From positions 1 through 64,000 of the forward strand of contig JAXMOL010000001.1 in assembly GCA_034669905.1 (NCBI GenBank): a stretch of 64,000 bases of DNA, in the 5' to 3' direction. Positions 29,688 through 40,900 of the stretch are shown one piece after another. Below the pieces are notes generated by a model. The model saw nothing but the letters and a program-made list of their open reading frames with translations, ran no database searches and was not told the origin of the DNA. The position numbers were made by a program, and so were the translations under genes. The stretch's first letter is position 1; each line of letters opens with the position of its first letter. Origin of the DNA: Candidatus Hydrogenedentota bacterium. Lineage in GTDB: Bacteria; Hydrogenedentota; Hydrogenedentia; Hydrogenedentales; JAEUWI01.

Positions 29688-30524
29688 CTATTCCCCCTTG
29701 CCCCGTTTCAATTCCTCGACCTTGGCGAGTTTGCCTTTGGTGAAAAAGCGCACCAGGCAGCGGAAAGACCGTGGAAAATGGCGACAGAGGAAGGCCGCGA
29801 GAACACCGTGGCCGGTGAAGGTATATTCGGGCGTGCGGCGGTAGATGGCCCCCACCATCTTGCGGGCGGCTTTCTCCGTGGGCATGATGAGCCAGGGCGC
29901 AACGGGGTCTTTGCGGCCCGTCTGCTCGCCCCGGTTGTTCAAGGTGCGAATCTCGCTCGCCACAACGCCAGGATTGATCGTCGTTACGCTGACCCCGAGA
30001 TCGGCGAGGTCATAGTAGAGACACTCACCCAGCCCCGTCACCGCGAACTTGCTGGCGCAATAGGGTCCCGAGGCCGGCAGCCCCACGCGCCCCATGACAC
30101 TACTCACCAGGGCGAGGCGCCCTTTGCTGGCTTGCAGGTGGGGCAAGGTCGCGTAGACCGTGTCCACCACGCCAAACACATTGGTCTCAAACTGGCGGCG
30201 GAAGTGCTCCGTTTCCAGTCGGGTGGCGGTCCCGCTGACGCCAAAGCCCGCATTGGCCACCACCACATCGAGGCCACCAAACTCGGCGACCGCCTCGGCC
30301 ACGGCATCGTCGAGCTGGGCACGGTCCGTCACATCACAAGTAACGGTCCGGACAGGGCGGCCCAACGCCGCTATCTTGCTCTTCACGGCGTCGAGGCGGT
30401 CGGCACGGCGGGCCGCCAGCACGAGTCGCGCCCCTTCACGGGCGAATTCTTCCGCCATGGCGGCACCGAGGCCCGAAGAGGCCCCGGTGATGAAGACTAC
30501 CTTGTCCTGAAAGCGCGCCGACAT
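29688..30524 (-). CDS. Short-chain dehydrogenase/reductase
   Basis: TGASSGLG, VANAG, YCASK. Confidence 0.92.
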   Translation of the reverse strand: MSARFQDKVVFITGASSGLGAAMAEEFAREGARLVLAARRADRLDAVKSKIAALGRPVRTVTCDVTDRAQLDDAVAEAVAEFGGLDVVVANAGFGVSGTATRLETEHFRRQFETNVFGVVDTVYATLPHLQASKGRLALVSSVMGRVGLPASGPYCASKFAVTGLGECLYYDLADLGVSVTTINPGVVASEIRTLNNRGEQTGRKDPVAPWLIMPTEKAARKMVGAIYRRTPEYTFTGHGVLAAFLCRHFPRSFRCLVRFFTKGKLAKVEELKRGKGE

Positions 30525-30533
30525 GTTTCGCTC

Positions 30534-31562
30534 CTAGTGCTCCACGAGCCACATGTTACGGTATTGCACGTGGTTGTGGTGGGCCTGGAGTCGGATACTG
30601 CCCGGCTCCTTGGGATGGGGCTTAATACGGTCTTTGTAGGAGTTGGTGGGCAACATGGGAATCTCTTCATCGGTGTGAATGAGTTTTCCATTGTGGTTCA
30701 CCGTAATGCGGGCCAGGGCGATTTGCTTGCCCTGGGCATCAAAACGGGGCGCCCGGTAGTCGATGTCGTAGGTCTGCCACTCGTTGGGCGGGCGGCACAT
30801 ATTGACCTTGGGCGCGGAGACCTTATAGAAGGCACCACACTCCCGGAAATAGCCGGGAAGGCCGAAGGAATCGAGGACCTGCACTTCGAATTCGTCCTGC
30901 AGGAAAACGCCACTGTTACCCCGTTTCTGCCCGCGCTCATTGGGCAGGTAGGGCGTGCGGAATTCCACGTGCAGTGTCACATCTTTGAATTTCCCGACCG
31001 AGACGATTTCATCGGCGTCGGGGCTTACCGGCATGAGGTGGCCATCTACGATCCCCCAGCCCGCTTTCTCGCCCTTATCCCACGCGTCCATAGACGTGCC
31101 ATCGAAGAGGATCACCGCATTTTCCGGGGGCTTGAGGCCCATCGTCGGGGACTCTTTCACCACCCGCTTCATGGCAAACGTCGCCGACTTGGCCGGGTCG
31201 TCTTCCACCTTACCGCCGCTAAACCCATCGGGGGTAACGGTGCCGTAGTATTTGCCGCTCTTAAAGGTGAGCTGGTTATCCTTCACCTTTACGTCGACAA
31301 CGGCGTAGGGCTCACCGCGGTGATCCAGGGCGGGGATAAGATGAATCTGGTAGGTATCCTTGCCGAGCGCAATAATCTGCGCACCGACAAAGGGATCTTT
31401 TTCTTCCTGTTCAGACCACTTCCCTTCCCAGTTCCCCATGAAGGGCCCCGTGGAATCAGGATATTGGGTTGCCATCACCGCCGCGAGGTCGAATTCGGCA
31501 AAGGCAGGGACGACGGCGCCCGCGAGAGTGACCGCCACAAGCATTCCAAAACGCTTCAACAT
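30534..31562 (-). CDS. DUF1080 domain secreted protein
   Basis: Signal peptide; LFDGTS, LHVEFRTP, GNSGVFLQ, EVQVLDS, RLQAHHNHVQYRNMW. Confidence 0.85.
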   Translation of the reverse strand: MLKRFGMLVAVTLAGAVVPAFAEFDLAAVMATQYPDSTGPFMGNWEGKWSEQEEKDPFVGAQIIALGKDTYQIHLIPALDHRGEPYAVVDVKVKDNQLTFKSGKYYGTVTPDGFSGGKVEDDPAKSATFAMKRVVKESPTMGLKPPENAVILFDGTSMDAWDKGEKAGWGIVDGHLMPVSPDADEIVSVGKFKDVTLHVEFRTPYLPNERGQKRGNSGVFLQDEFEVQVLDSFGLPGYFRECGAFYKVSAPKVNMCRPPNEWQTYDIDYRAPRFDAQGKQIALARITVNHNGKLIHTDEEIPMLPTNSYKDRIKPHPKEPGSIRLQAHHNHVQYRNMWLVEH

Positions 31563-31610
31563 TCCGTGCATTCCTTCTGTATCGGACGACCGCGCGCCCC
31601 TATGCATTTC

Positions 31611-32624
31611 TCAGGCAATAATACGTTTAATCAGGGCGTCGGTGAAGGCCGTGGTACCTGCCTTCCCCCCGAGATCGCGGGTCAATTCCTCGGGATTTCC
31701 ATCGGCCAGCAGGGCGTCGTAGGAATCACGCAGCTTGCGCGCCTGCTCTACTTCGCCCAGGTGGCGCAACATCATCACGCCACTCATGATGAGGGCGAGG
31801 GGATTGGCCAGATCCTGACCGGCAATATCGGGGGCACTGCCGTGGACCGCCTCAAAGACCGCCACTTCATCGCCGTAGTTCGCACCCGGTACCACGCCGA
31901 GTCCGCCCACGAGGCCGGCGCACAGGTCGCTGATAATATCGCCGAAGAGGTTTTCCAGGAGCAGCACATCGAAGCGACTGGGGTCGCGCACCATCTGCAT
32001 GCAGGCGTTGTCGATAATCAGTTCTTCGTACTCGATTTCCGGTGCCACCTCTTCATGGATGCGGCGCACACAATCGAGGAAAAGCCCATCGGATTTCTTC
32101 ATGATATTGGCCTTGTGGAAGACCGTCACTTTTTTCCGGTTGCGTTCCTGGCAATACTTGAAGGCCGCCCGGGCAATACGCTCACTCGCCGCGCGGGTCA
32201 CCACCTTGAGACTGGTAACCACCCCGTCGGAAATCTCATTCTCCAGGCCGGAGTACAGGCCTTCGGTATTTTCCCGGAAGATCACAATATCCACGTTGTC
32301 GTAGCGGGTCTTAATGCCCGGCAGATTGCGCACGGGGCGAATGGCGCAATAGAGATTGGCCCGTTTCCGCAGCTGGACATTGACGCTCTTGAAGCCCTTG
32401 CCGATAGGGGTGGTCACCGGGCCTTTCAGCGCGATCTTGTACTCTTCGATGTGGTCCAGGGTGTGGGCGGGAAGGGTTTTGCCATATTTCTTGACCGCGC
32501 CCGCACCTGCAGGCAGGCTGATCCAGCTGATATCGACACCCGTCGCGGCGATGACGCGCTGGGTTGCTTCCGTTACTTCGGGACCGATTCCATCCCCTTT
32601 GATAACACATACGGTGTGGGCCAT
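31611..32624 (-). CDS. Isocitrate/isopropylmalate dehydrogenase family, probably NAD-dependent isocitrate dehydrogenase
   Basis: GDGIGPEV, SVNVQLRK, RENTEGLY, HKANIMK, NLFGDIISD, FEAVHGSAPDIAG. Confidence 0.9.
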   Translation of the reverse strand: MAHTVCVIKGDGIGPEVTEATQRVIAATGVDISWISLPAGAGAVKKYGKTLPAHTLDHIEEYKIALKGPVTTPIGKGFKSVNVQLRKRANLYCAIRPVRNLPGIKTRYDNVDIVIFRENTEGLYSGLENEISDGVVTSLKVVTRAASERIARAAFKYCQERNRKKVTVFHKANIMKKSDGLFLDCVRRIHEEVAPEIEYEELIIDNACMQMVRDPSRFDVLLLENLFGDIISDLCAGLVGGLGVVPGANYGDEVAVFEAVHGSAPDIAGQDLANPLALIMSGVMMLRHLGEVEQARKLRDSYDALLADGNPEELTRDLGGKAGTTAFTDALIKRIIA

Positions 32625-32789
32625 TTGACTACTCCTCTTGCTTGTATTGGCGACGTGGATAAACACAGGGGTTCATGGGTGCACGACGCCCCGTGCTCGA
32701 AATTACTATACGTCGTCCACACAACTATGGACACGCAGCCCGACGCGTAATGATATCACGGGAAAGCAACCCGATGCATGAGGAATGCA

Positions 32790-34073
32790 CTAGGCGAAGA
32801 GGGCCCGGATGGGTACCCCACCATCTGTAATGGGTACGGGACGGTCGCCATCATAGAGGTTTTTGGTGTAATCGATGCCCGTGGCCGCGAAAATCGTCGC
32901 AAAAAAATCGGGCACGCTGACCGGGTCCGACACGATTTTCCGGGACCGTTCGTCCGTCTGGCCGTAGGCACCACAGTGTTTCAGTCCACCACCGGCCAGG
33001 ACGCAGGAGAAGGTGGTACCCTGGTGGGCGCGTCCACCCCGGGCATCAAAGGAAGAGGGCCGACCAAACTCGGAGGTAATGACAATGAGGGTCTTATCGA
33101 GCAACTGGTGGGCTTCCAAGTCGGCAATGAGGGTCGCTACGGCCGTATCCATTTCCTGAATGAGCTTGTGCTGATTCTGGATGCCTTCGAAGTGCACATC
33201 CCACCCGGCGCCATTCAGGAAGTTGAGGTTGTGGGACACCTCGATAAAACGTACGCCCTTCTGGACCAGGCGTCGGCTCAAGAGACAACGCTGCCCAAAT
33301 TCGCCACCATAGGCCATCCGTAAATCGGCGGGTTCTTCGGCCAGTTGGAACACCTGATTGAATTCCGGGCCGCTCAACTTGAGGCTCTGGGCAATGGCCG
33401 ACTCGTAATCCGCCAATCGGGGATCGGTCGGGCCACCGGGCGTACCCAGGGACGAAAGTAAGGCCTCCCGACGGGCCTGGCGGACATCCGTAATCCCATC
33501 GGGACGGGACAAACCGGCTGGGCCCTGGCTCGTATCCGTGAGATAGAGGTAGCCGTCACGGGCCCCCAGGAAACCGGGACCCCGGGTGACGTTGGGGTAG
33601 CCAATCAGCACATAAGGCGGTGCACCTTCCGCTGCGGCACCCAACTCGTGGGCCACCAGCGAACCCAGGGAGGGATAGGTGACGGTGCCGCTGATGGGAC
33701 GTCCCGTGTGCATGCGGTTGGTGGCGGCCGCATGTTCATCAATGACTTCATGGTGCACGGTCCGCACCGCCGTCACGCGATCCATGAGGGGTGCGAGGGT
33801 CTTAAGGTGCTCACAGACCTGAACACCCGGCACGGCCGTATCAATGGATTCGTAAAGAGAGCCCGCCACGTTCTTGACCGGATCGCCCTTCGGCATGGGG
33901 TCAAAGGTATCGACCTGTCCCATACCACCCCCCAGCCAGATGGAAATGACGTGCTCCGCCTTCCCTTTGAGCAGGGGCGTGGATTCCGCCGCACCAATAC
34001 GGGGCACGGCGAAACCGGCAGCCAGGGCCGCGCTGGCGGCGAGATACTCGCGACGAGATAACTTGTTGTCCAT
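32790..34073 (-). CDS. DUF1501 domain protein with Tat signal
   Basis: SRREYL twin-arginine; [33 protein letters not shown]. Confidence 0.9.
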   Translation of the reverse strand: MDNKLSRREYLAASAALAAGFAVPRIGAAESTPLLKGKAEHVISIWLGGGMGQVDTFDPMPKGDPVKNVAGSLYESIDTAVPGVQVCEHLKTLAPLMDRVTAVRTVHHEVIDEHAAATNRMHTGRPISGTVTYPSLGSLVAHELGAAAEGAPPYVLIGYPNVTRGPGFLGARDGYLYLTDTSQGPAGLSRPDGITDVRQARREALLSSLGTPGGPTDPRLADYESAIAQSLKLSGPEFNQVFQLAEEPADLRMAYGGEFGQRCLLSRRLVQKGVRFIEVSHNLNFLNGAGWDVHFEGIQNQHKLIQEMDTAVATLIADLEAHQLLDKTLIVITSEFGRPSSFDARGGRAHQGTTFSCVLAGGGLKHCGAYGQTDERSRKIVSDPVSVPDFFATIFAATGIDYTKNLYDGDRPVPITDGGVPIRALFA

Positions 34074-34112
34074 ATGCTTCATTTCAACGTCCAATCATTT
34101 TCGTACAGGATA

Positions 34113-37100
34113 TCACGGCAGCCACACAAATTCACGGTGGTTAATGAGACTCCAAATCACATCTTCATAGGCTTCACGCCATGCCGCATTCAGCCGTCGG
34201 TCGCCGGGCGGGCCCTGTCGCAGCCTCCGAGCCCGTTCAATTTGTATATCGCCTGCCTCCACATTCAAATTATTGAACCACGTCGTACGGGGCAGGGGCG
34301 GCAAAACCGGGGGCGGCACGATTTCTTCCGCAGGAAGGAGGCGCTGCTCAAAGCCTTCCTCAAGCACCGGGAGAAAAGCGTCCGATTCTTCCGCAAGGGG
34401 GAATCGCCCCAGGATCCGTGCGAATAGCGATTCCAGGAGGGCCTCCGGCGACGTCGCGTCCACCGCCAACTGGGCCAGGGCACTCCCATCGGCCGCGCGG
34501 GTCAACTGAATGGAAAGGGTCCCATTGGCGAGAATACCCGGCTGAAGCACGTTGGGGTCGGTTTCCCGGTGCGTAATAGGTTTCTGCCGGGAACCCGTCC
34601 ATCCGAAGGCCTGGAGCACGTCGACGATCGCCTGGGCCCGGGGCAGGCTGAGGCCAGGTCGGTCGCGCTCGTTGGAGAGACTGGCAAACATCCACGCGCG
34701 GTGGGGTTGACCCAGGTCCTGTCGATTGTCCACAGGCTGACGGCCATCGTGGACAAAGGTCAGGCGATCCGCTTCCATCGGCACCTCGGTGACCGCGTGG
34801 AGGGAATCCACCACCTGCTCCGCGCTGAGCCGTCGGCGCTCGGGACCATTAAAGAGCCGAAGGCGCGGCTCGGCGTCCTGATTTTTGCCCACCGCCGCCC
34901 GCTGGTAGGTATCGGAGGTGAGAATCAGCCACATGACATGGCGCACATCATAGTCGTGGCGGATGAACTCCCGGGCCAGCCAGGTCAGCAATTCAGGATG
35001 GCTCGCTTCGTGGCCTTCCCAGTCATGAACGGGCTCGACAATCCCGACGCCGAGGTAACGCTTCCAGATGCGATTGACAATCACCTGGGCGAAACGCTCA
35101 TTCTGCGGGGCCGTTATGAGGGCCGCCAGTTTTTCCCGGGTATCGGCCGTGTCCTGCATGAGCGTCGCAAGGGGGACATCATCGTCCGGATTTACAAACT
35201 GTGGAAACGGCCACTCGGGCGCAATTTTTTCACCGGGCTTCAAGGTAACGCGAATCAGAGGCTTGCGGTCCAGATCGGCGAAAAAGGCCGCCGGTACGGT
35301 GCTGGATTCCGGGGTCACCACACGCTTGCGGTCGAGCATGGCGGCCAGGGAAAAGAGATCCCGTTGGGTCGCGCTATGATAGGGTGCGTCGTGGCAACGG
35401 GCACACTGCATTTCCACCCCCAGAAACGCCGAAGCGATAATGTGCCCCTTCGCCGCCATGGGTGCGTCATTCTCTGCCGCCAGGGCAAAGCCCGCGCTCC
35501 CGCCGCGGTTGCGGTCCCCGCGCATGAGGATAAGTTCGGTCACCAGGCGATCCAGCGGCAGGTTATCCCGCAGCGCGTCGTAGAGAAACCAGCGAAAGGG
35601 GCCGGTGCTGTTGAGCGACGGGTTCGCGAGGGTGGGATTTTCGGCGAGCATATCCAGCCAGAAATCCATCCAGGCGTCGGCTACACGTTCGTCACGGAGC
35701 AGCCCTTCAATAACGCGAAACCGTTTGTAGGGACTGGGGTCGGCGAGGAAGGTCCGCAAGGCCTCTTCCGTCGGGGGCACGCCCACCGTATCCAGGTATA
35801 CCCGCCGCAGGAAAGCCCCATCGTCCAATAGGGGCGGCAGGGTGGTATTCTCGGCGACATTGGGGGGCAGGGGCCAGGCGGCACCACCCGCAATCCAGGC
35901 CCGGAGGGCTTCCACCGCCTCCGCAGGGAGCGCCTTGCCGGTCGGTGGCATACGAAGGTCCTCGTCCGCGGTCTGGATGCGGGTCAGGAGCGCACTCGCC
36001 TCGGGATTGCCCGGGACGACTGCGGGCATTTCCGAATCACCCGATTGCAGGATCGACGCCCGACTGTCCAGCCGAATGCCGCCCTTTTCTTTTTCTCCAT
36101 GGCAGCGAAAGCAGGCGTCTCGCAGCACGGGCAACACCGTTTCATGGAAGCTCCGGGCCGCCTCGGGGTTGGCCCCCGATGCCCCTGCACGTAAGCGGTC
36201 TATCTTCGCCAGGATAAAGGCGTCGATGGGATGGGCAGTGGCGGCACTATTGCCCACCGGCGGTGCAGGCCCTGGGTGAGCCTGTGCCCATTCCCGCGCC
36301 ACGTCATGACGTTTTTTCCAAAAATCACCGTGGGAGGAGGCCATGGCCCGCCGGGTGTTGTCATCGTATTCCTGCAGGGATTCCTCCATTTTCGTGAGGA
36401 TCGGTAACACCGTCTGGTCGGTCAGGGGGATAGGCGCGCTATCGGCCAGCGCGGGCACGAGGACGTTGTAGGAATCTCCCTCTTCCGTCTCGATGGCCAC
36501 GTTTATCTCGCCCGATTCCATCTTGAAACCGGCGCCCCCCACGAGCACTTCCAACACCACCCGGCTCCTGGAAGGCCCCGTTGCCTGATCCGTCGCCAGG
36601 GTCACCTGCCCGAAGACTTCCTGCATCCGGTGCCCATGGACCCGTAAGCCCGGGTGGGGCGGCGTGGCCAGGGGCGTGATAGCCTGCTGTCCGTCGGTTT
36701 TCAGACGGGGCGCGGGCTCGGTACGGGCGACAACTTCTCCATCAACCCAAAGACGACTCAAGCCTCGCGCACGAAGGAGTATCCTGGAGCTTCCCGGGGG
36801 TAAGTCCACATCCGCGACCATTCGGAGGAGCATCGTATCGGTCCAACGGGAGCGGGACCCGGAATCGTCGTAGCGTACGGGAATTCGGGGCAGTAGAAAA
36901 GCGTCTCCCATCCAACGGGCCGTCTCTTCTGGCCAGTACTCCCCCTGCTGCAGCCAACGCTTGGGGCTCGGCATACCTTCCGAAAAGGTCACCAGCACGC
37001 GCCCCGGTGGCACATCGTCGATGACCGGCATCACTTCGGGCATGGGCTCCTGGGTACGCGGGCCACCCGCCCGATTAAATCGCTGAGCCATTTCCGCATC

Positions 37101-37913
37101 TGGCACGAGCCGACGGTGAATCGCCACGCCATCGAGGTATCCCCGGAAGCTGTTGGTGGGATTACCCCCGAGGGCCGAGCCTATCCATACTTCATCATCA
37201 TCCTGCACGGGCGGCCGGGTGGTCTTCCCGCCCCGGTCCCAGATTCCGGTCGTGGGCTGGCCGTCTATCCAGCCGCGCATCGTTTCCGGGTCGCCGAAGT
37301 GATAGGCCATGGCAATGTGGTGCCACCCCAGTTCCACATCCAGGGTCTCTTTCGAGGTCCACCGGTGGAACTGATACGCCCCGCTATCTGCGGTCGTGGC
37401 AAAAATAATGCTCAGGACAGCCAGGCCATCCCCAACACCCACGATCCGCAGGGACCAGTTTTGATTATTCTTGGGAAACTCGGGGGACCCGGTGCGGCCT
37501 TTTCCCACGACGTACATGGGCTGGCCTTTACCAATCCGATCCACCTTGATCCACGCCTCGAGGGTAATGGCGTCGCCATTGCCAAAATCATAGGGACTGT
37601 TCTCTCCAGGATCGGCCAACGAGAAATAGCTTCCCCTGCCGTCCAGGTGGACCGCCGTATTATCCGGGTCCAAATCGGGAAACTCCGGTGCCGAGGGACC
37701 CGCCAAATCCCGTCGGATATTTCCGTGGGACTTCAGACCCGTCATTTCCTCCGTACCGAATTCCCAACGGGCCGCAAGCGTTTTCTCCTCCGCCCACCCG
37801 TCGCCCAGCACCGATGCTCCCAACAACAGCAGCGGGAGGGTGTGGCGCCACACGGGGCGTTCCCCCCGCCATCGATTGATGTGCCGCGCCTCGCCAGAGG
37901 GTCTTGTCACCAT
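34113..37913 (-). CDS. LamG + planctomycete cytochrome c + DUF1549/DUF1553 protein (paralog 2)
   Basis: ITLEAWI/WHHIA LamG motifs; CFRCH; HPIDAFI; CARCHD; VNRIWK; RRLSAEQVVDS. Confidence 0.88.
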   Translation of the reverse strand: MVTRPSGEARHINRWRGERPVWRHTLPLLLLGASVLGDGWAEEKTLAARWEFGTEEMTGLKSHGNIRRDLAGPSAPEFPDLDPDNTAVHLDGRGSYFSLADPGENSPYDFGNGDAITLEAWIKVDRIGKGQPMYVVGKGRTGSPEFPKNNQNWSLRIVGVGDGLAVLSIIFATTADSGAYQFHRWTSKETLDVELGWHHIAMAYHFGDPETMRGWIDGQPTTGIWDRGGKTTRPPVQDDDEVWIGSALGGNPTNSFRGYLDGVAIHRRLVPDAEMAQRFNRAGGPRTQEPMPEVMPVIDDVPPGRVLVTFSEGMPSPKRWLQQGEYWPEETARWMGDAFLLPRIPVRYDDSGSRSRWTDTMLLRMVADVDLPPGSSRILLRARGLSRLWVDGEVVARTEPAPRLKTDGQQAITPLATPPHPGLRVHGHRMQEVFGQVTLATDQATGPSRSRVVLEVLVGGAGFKMESGEINVAIETEEGDSYNVLVPALADSAPIPLTDQTVLPILTKMEESLQEYDDNTRRAMASSHGDFWKKRHDVAREWAQAHPGPAPPVGNSAATAHPIDAFILAKIDRLRAGASGANPEAARSFHETVLPVLRDACFRCHGEKEKGGIRLDSRASILQSGDSEMPAVVPGNPEASALLTRIQTADEDLRMPPTGKALPAEAVEALRAWIAGGAAWPLPPNVAENTTLPPLLDDGAFLRRVYLDTVGVPPTEEALRTFLADPSPYKRFRVIEGLLRDERVADAWMDFWLDMLAENPTLANPSLNSTGPFRWFLYDALRDNLPLDRLVTELILMRGDRNRGGSAGFALAAENDAPMAAKGHIIASAFLGVEMQCARCHDAPYHSATQRDLFSLAAMLDRKRVVTPESSTVPAAFFADLDRKPLIRVTLKPGEKIAPEWPFPQFVNPDDDVPLATLMQDTADTREKLAALITAPQNERFAQVIVNRIWKRYLGVGIVEPVHDWEGHEASHPELLTWLAREFIRHDYDVRHVMWLILTSDTYQRAAVGKNQDAEPRLRLFNGPERRRLSAEQVVDSLHAVTEVPMEADRLTFVHDGRQPVDNRQDLGQPHRAWMFASLSNERDRPGLSLPRAQAIVDVLQAFGWTGSRQKPITHRETDPNVLQPGILANGTLSIQLTRAADGSALAQLAVDATSPEALLESLFARILGRFPLAEESDAFLPVLEEGFEQRLLPAEEIVPPPVLPPLPRTTWFNNLNVEAGDIQIERARRLRQGPPGDRRLNAAWREAYEDVIWSLINHREFVWLP

Positions 37914-37968
37914 CGTTGCTCCCTTTAGTCTTCGCTCATTCCCGCCCCCGACGGGGCGCCGCTTGCCC

Positions 37969-40900
37969 TCAGGACACCCAGACGAATTCCCGGTGGTTCA
38001 CCAGACTCCAGACGAGATCTTCATAGCGCTCACGCCAATCGGGTTCCAGCCGTGGATCGGCGGGAGGTCCGCGGCGAACCCGTTGCTCGATTTGCTGCTG
38101 TATGGTATTTGCGTCGGACTGGAGGTGGTTGAACCAGGTCACGAGCGGCAGGGGCTCTTCCTTGGGCAGGGCAGGGCGTGCCTCGGCGGGCACGATGCGC
38201 TCTACAAAACCGGCGGCAATGGTCTCCGCAAAGACCGCCCGCTCAGCCTCGTGGGGCAGGCGCCCGAGAAAGCGTAAGAACAGGGTATCTACCAGGCCTT
38301 CCGGTGCCGTCGCTTCCACCGCCAGATCAGCCAGGGTACTACCGGCCGCCGCACGGGTGAGTGAGAGCGACAGGGTGCCATTGGCCAGGATGCCCGGCTG
38401 CAACACGTTGGGTTCCGTCTCCCGATGGGTCACGGGCTGCTGCCGCGAGCCGGTCCACCCGAAGGCTTCCAGCACATCGGATACGGCCTGGGCCCGTGGC
38501 AGGGTCAGGCTGGGTCGGTCCCGCTCATTGGCCAGGCTGGCAAACATCCAGGCCCGGTAGGGCGTTCCGAGGGTCAACCGGTTACTTACCGGGCGTCGGC
38601 CATCGTGCACGAAGGTGAGCTCTTCCACATCCATGGTGGTACCGGTGGCCGCGAAGAGGGAGTCTACCACCTGCTCCGCCGTGAGACGGCGGGGTTCGGG
38701 CGCGTTAAAGAAGCGCTGCTCGGGGGTGGCGTCCAGGTTCTTCCCGATGGCTTCCCGCTGGTAGGCATCAGAGGTCATGATCAGCCGCATGATGTGGCGC
38801 AAGTCGTAATCGTGGGCGACGAACTCCCGGGCAAGCCATTGGAGCAGTTCCGGGTGGCTGGCGGGGTGTCCCTCCCAGTCGTGCACCGGCTCCACGATGC
38901 CTGCGCCCATAAGCCGTTTCCACACGCGGTTCACCATTACTTCAGCGAAGCGCTCGTTCTGCGGGGCCGTGATAAGGGTGGCCAGGCGCTCCCGGGCATC
39001 CTCCGGCGTTTCCATAAGGGCGTCGATGGCTTCTCCATCGGTGGCCCCCGTAATCTTTTCAAAGGGCCACACCGGCTCCACGGCTTCCCCGGGCTTGAGG
39101 GTTACCCGAATGAGCGGCTCCCGGTCCATGGTGGCAAAAAAGGCCGCCGGCACGGTGCTCGATTTGGGTGCGGATACCGCCTTGCGCGACAGCATGGCCG
39201 CCAGGGAAAAGAGGTCCCGCTGGGTGGAACTGTGATAGGGCGCGTCGTGGCACCGGGCACATTGCATTTCCACACCCAGGAAGGCCGAGGCCAGGATATG
39301 TCCCTTGGCCGCCATGGGGGCATCATTCTCCGCGGCCATGGAGAAACCTGCGCTCCCCCCTTCGTGGCGACTTCCCCGCATCAGAATCAGTTCCGTGATC
39401 ATCTGGTCCAGGGGCTTGTTGTCCCGCAGGGCGTCAAGCAGGAACCAGCGGAAGGGGCCCGTGCTGTTCAAAGAGGCGTTGATGATGGTGGGATTCTCCG
39501 CCAGGATATCCATCCAATAGCCCATCCAGTGATGGGCACTGCGCTCATCGGCCACCATGCGATCCACCCAGGTGAAACGCTTGTAGGGATCGGCATCGGC
39601 CAGGAAATCGCGCAACTCGCCTTCCGTGGGCGGCAGGCCCACCGTATCGAGGAAGAGCCGGCGCAGAAAGGCGGCATCGGACACGACAGGAGCCAATGCG
39701 GTGTCGGCGGCGGCATCGGGCGAGGCGGGCCAGGGTGCGCCATCCGTTACCCAGGCCTCCAGGGCCGCCACCTGCTCCGGGGGTAACCCGGTACCCGTGG
39801 GCGGCATCCGCACGTCTTCATCGGTACTCCGGATCCGGTTGATCAGTTCACTCGCCACCAGATCACCGGGAACAACAGCGGGTATCTCTGAGTCGCCTGC
39901 TCCCAGGACCCCATCCCGACTATTGAGCCGGAGGCCACCTTTTTCTTTTTCCCCATGGCAGCGGAAGCACCCTTCCTGAAGGATGGGTAGTACCGTCGTG
40001 TGAAAATGGCGTGCACGCTCCAGATTATCGCCCGATGCGGCTTCCTGGGCCACGGCGATTTTGCGCAGTAAGAAGGCGTCCACGGGGTGGGCCGTCGCGG
40101 CGCTGGCGCCTACCGGGGCGGGCGGTGCGGGTTGCTCCGCCACCCAATTCCGGGCGAAGTCGTGGCGTTCTTGCCAGTGGGCGGTCCGGCTGGCGGCGGC
40201 GGCCTGGCGGTTGGCATCATCGAATTGGCCCAGGGAACGTTCCGCCCGGGCGAGTACGGGCGCAACGGCGTTGTCGGTCAGGGGCAGGGCGGCATCGCTC
40301 CCGTGCGCCTGCAACACGTCAAAGGATTGGCCATCGGGCGTTTCCACGGCGACCAGGGTTTCGCCCGATTCGGTGCGGATATTCTTGCCGCCCACCACGG
40401 TCTCAAACACGACACGATGCACGGCAGGCCCGTCTTCCGGGAAGGTCACTTCGCCGAAAACTTCCTGCAGGCGGTAGCCCGGCACGCGAAGGCCCGGGTG
40501 GGGCGGCACGGCGAGGGGCGTGACAGGCTCCTCCCCATTGGGGGGCTGCTTCGTCATGGCCTCAGTACGGGCGATGATTTCGCCATCGACCCAGAGACGG
40601 CCCAGGGCACGGGCCCGCACGAGGAAGCGGTGGGTCCCCGGCGGAAGCGTCACGTCGGCCGCCATGCGCACGAGGACAGGGGCCCGCCAGCTATCCCGGA
40701 TGCCCCACGTGTCGTAACGGAGGGGAATGCGCGGCAGGAGAAAGGCGTCGCCGCTCCAGCGGAGGGTTTCCTCCGGAAAGGCTTCGCCCTCATTGAGCCA
40801 GCGGACGTGGGTAGCCATCCCCTCGGAAAAGGTCATGAGCACCTTCCCCGGCGGTAAGGCATCAAAGACGGGCATGACTTCGGGCAGGGGGCCGATTACC

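Noticed and set aside
29511..32750. 1079-aa plus-strand ORF with (PI)n repeat
   Set aside because: Antisense shadow of the SDR, DUF1080 and IDH genes that begins in a repeat; no RBS or recognisable motifs
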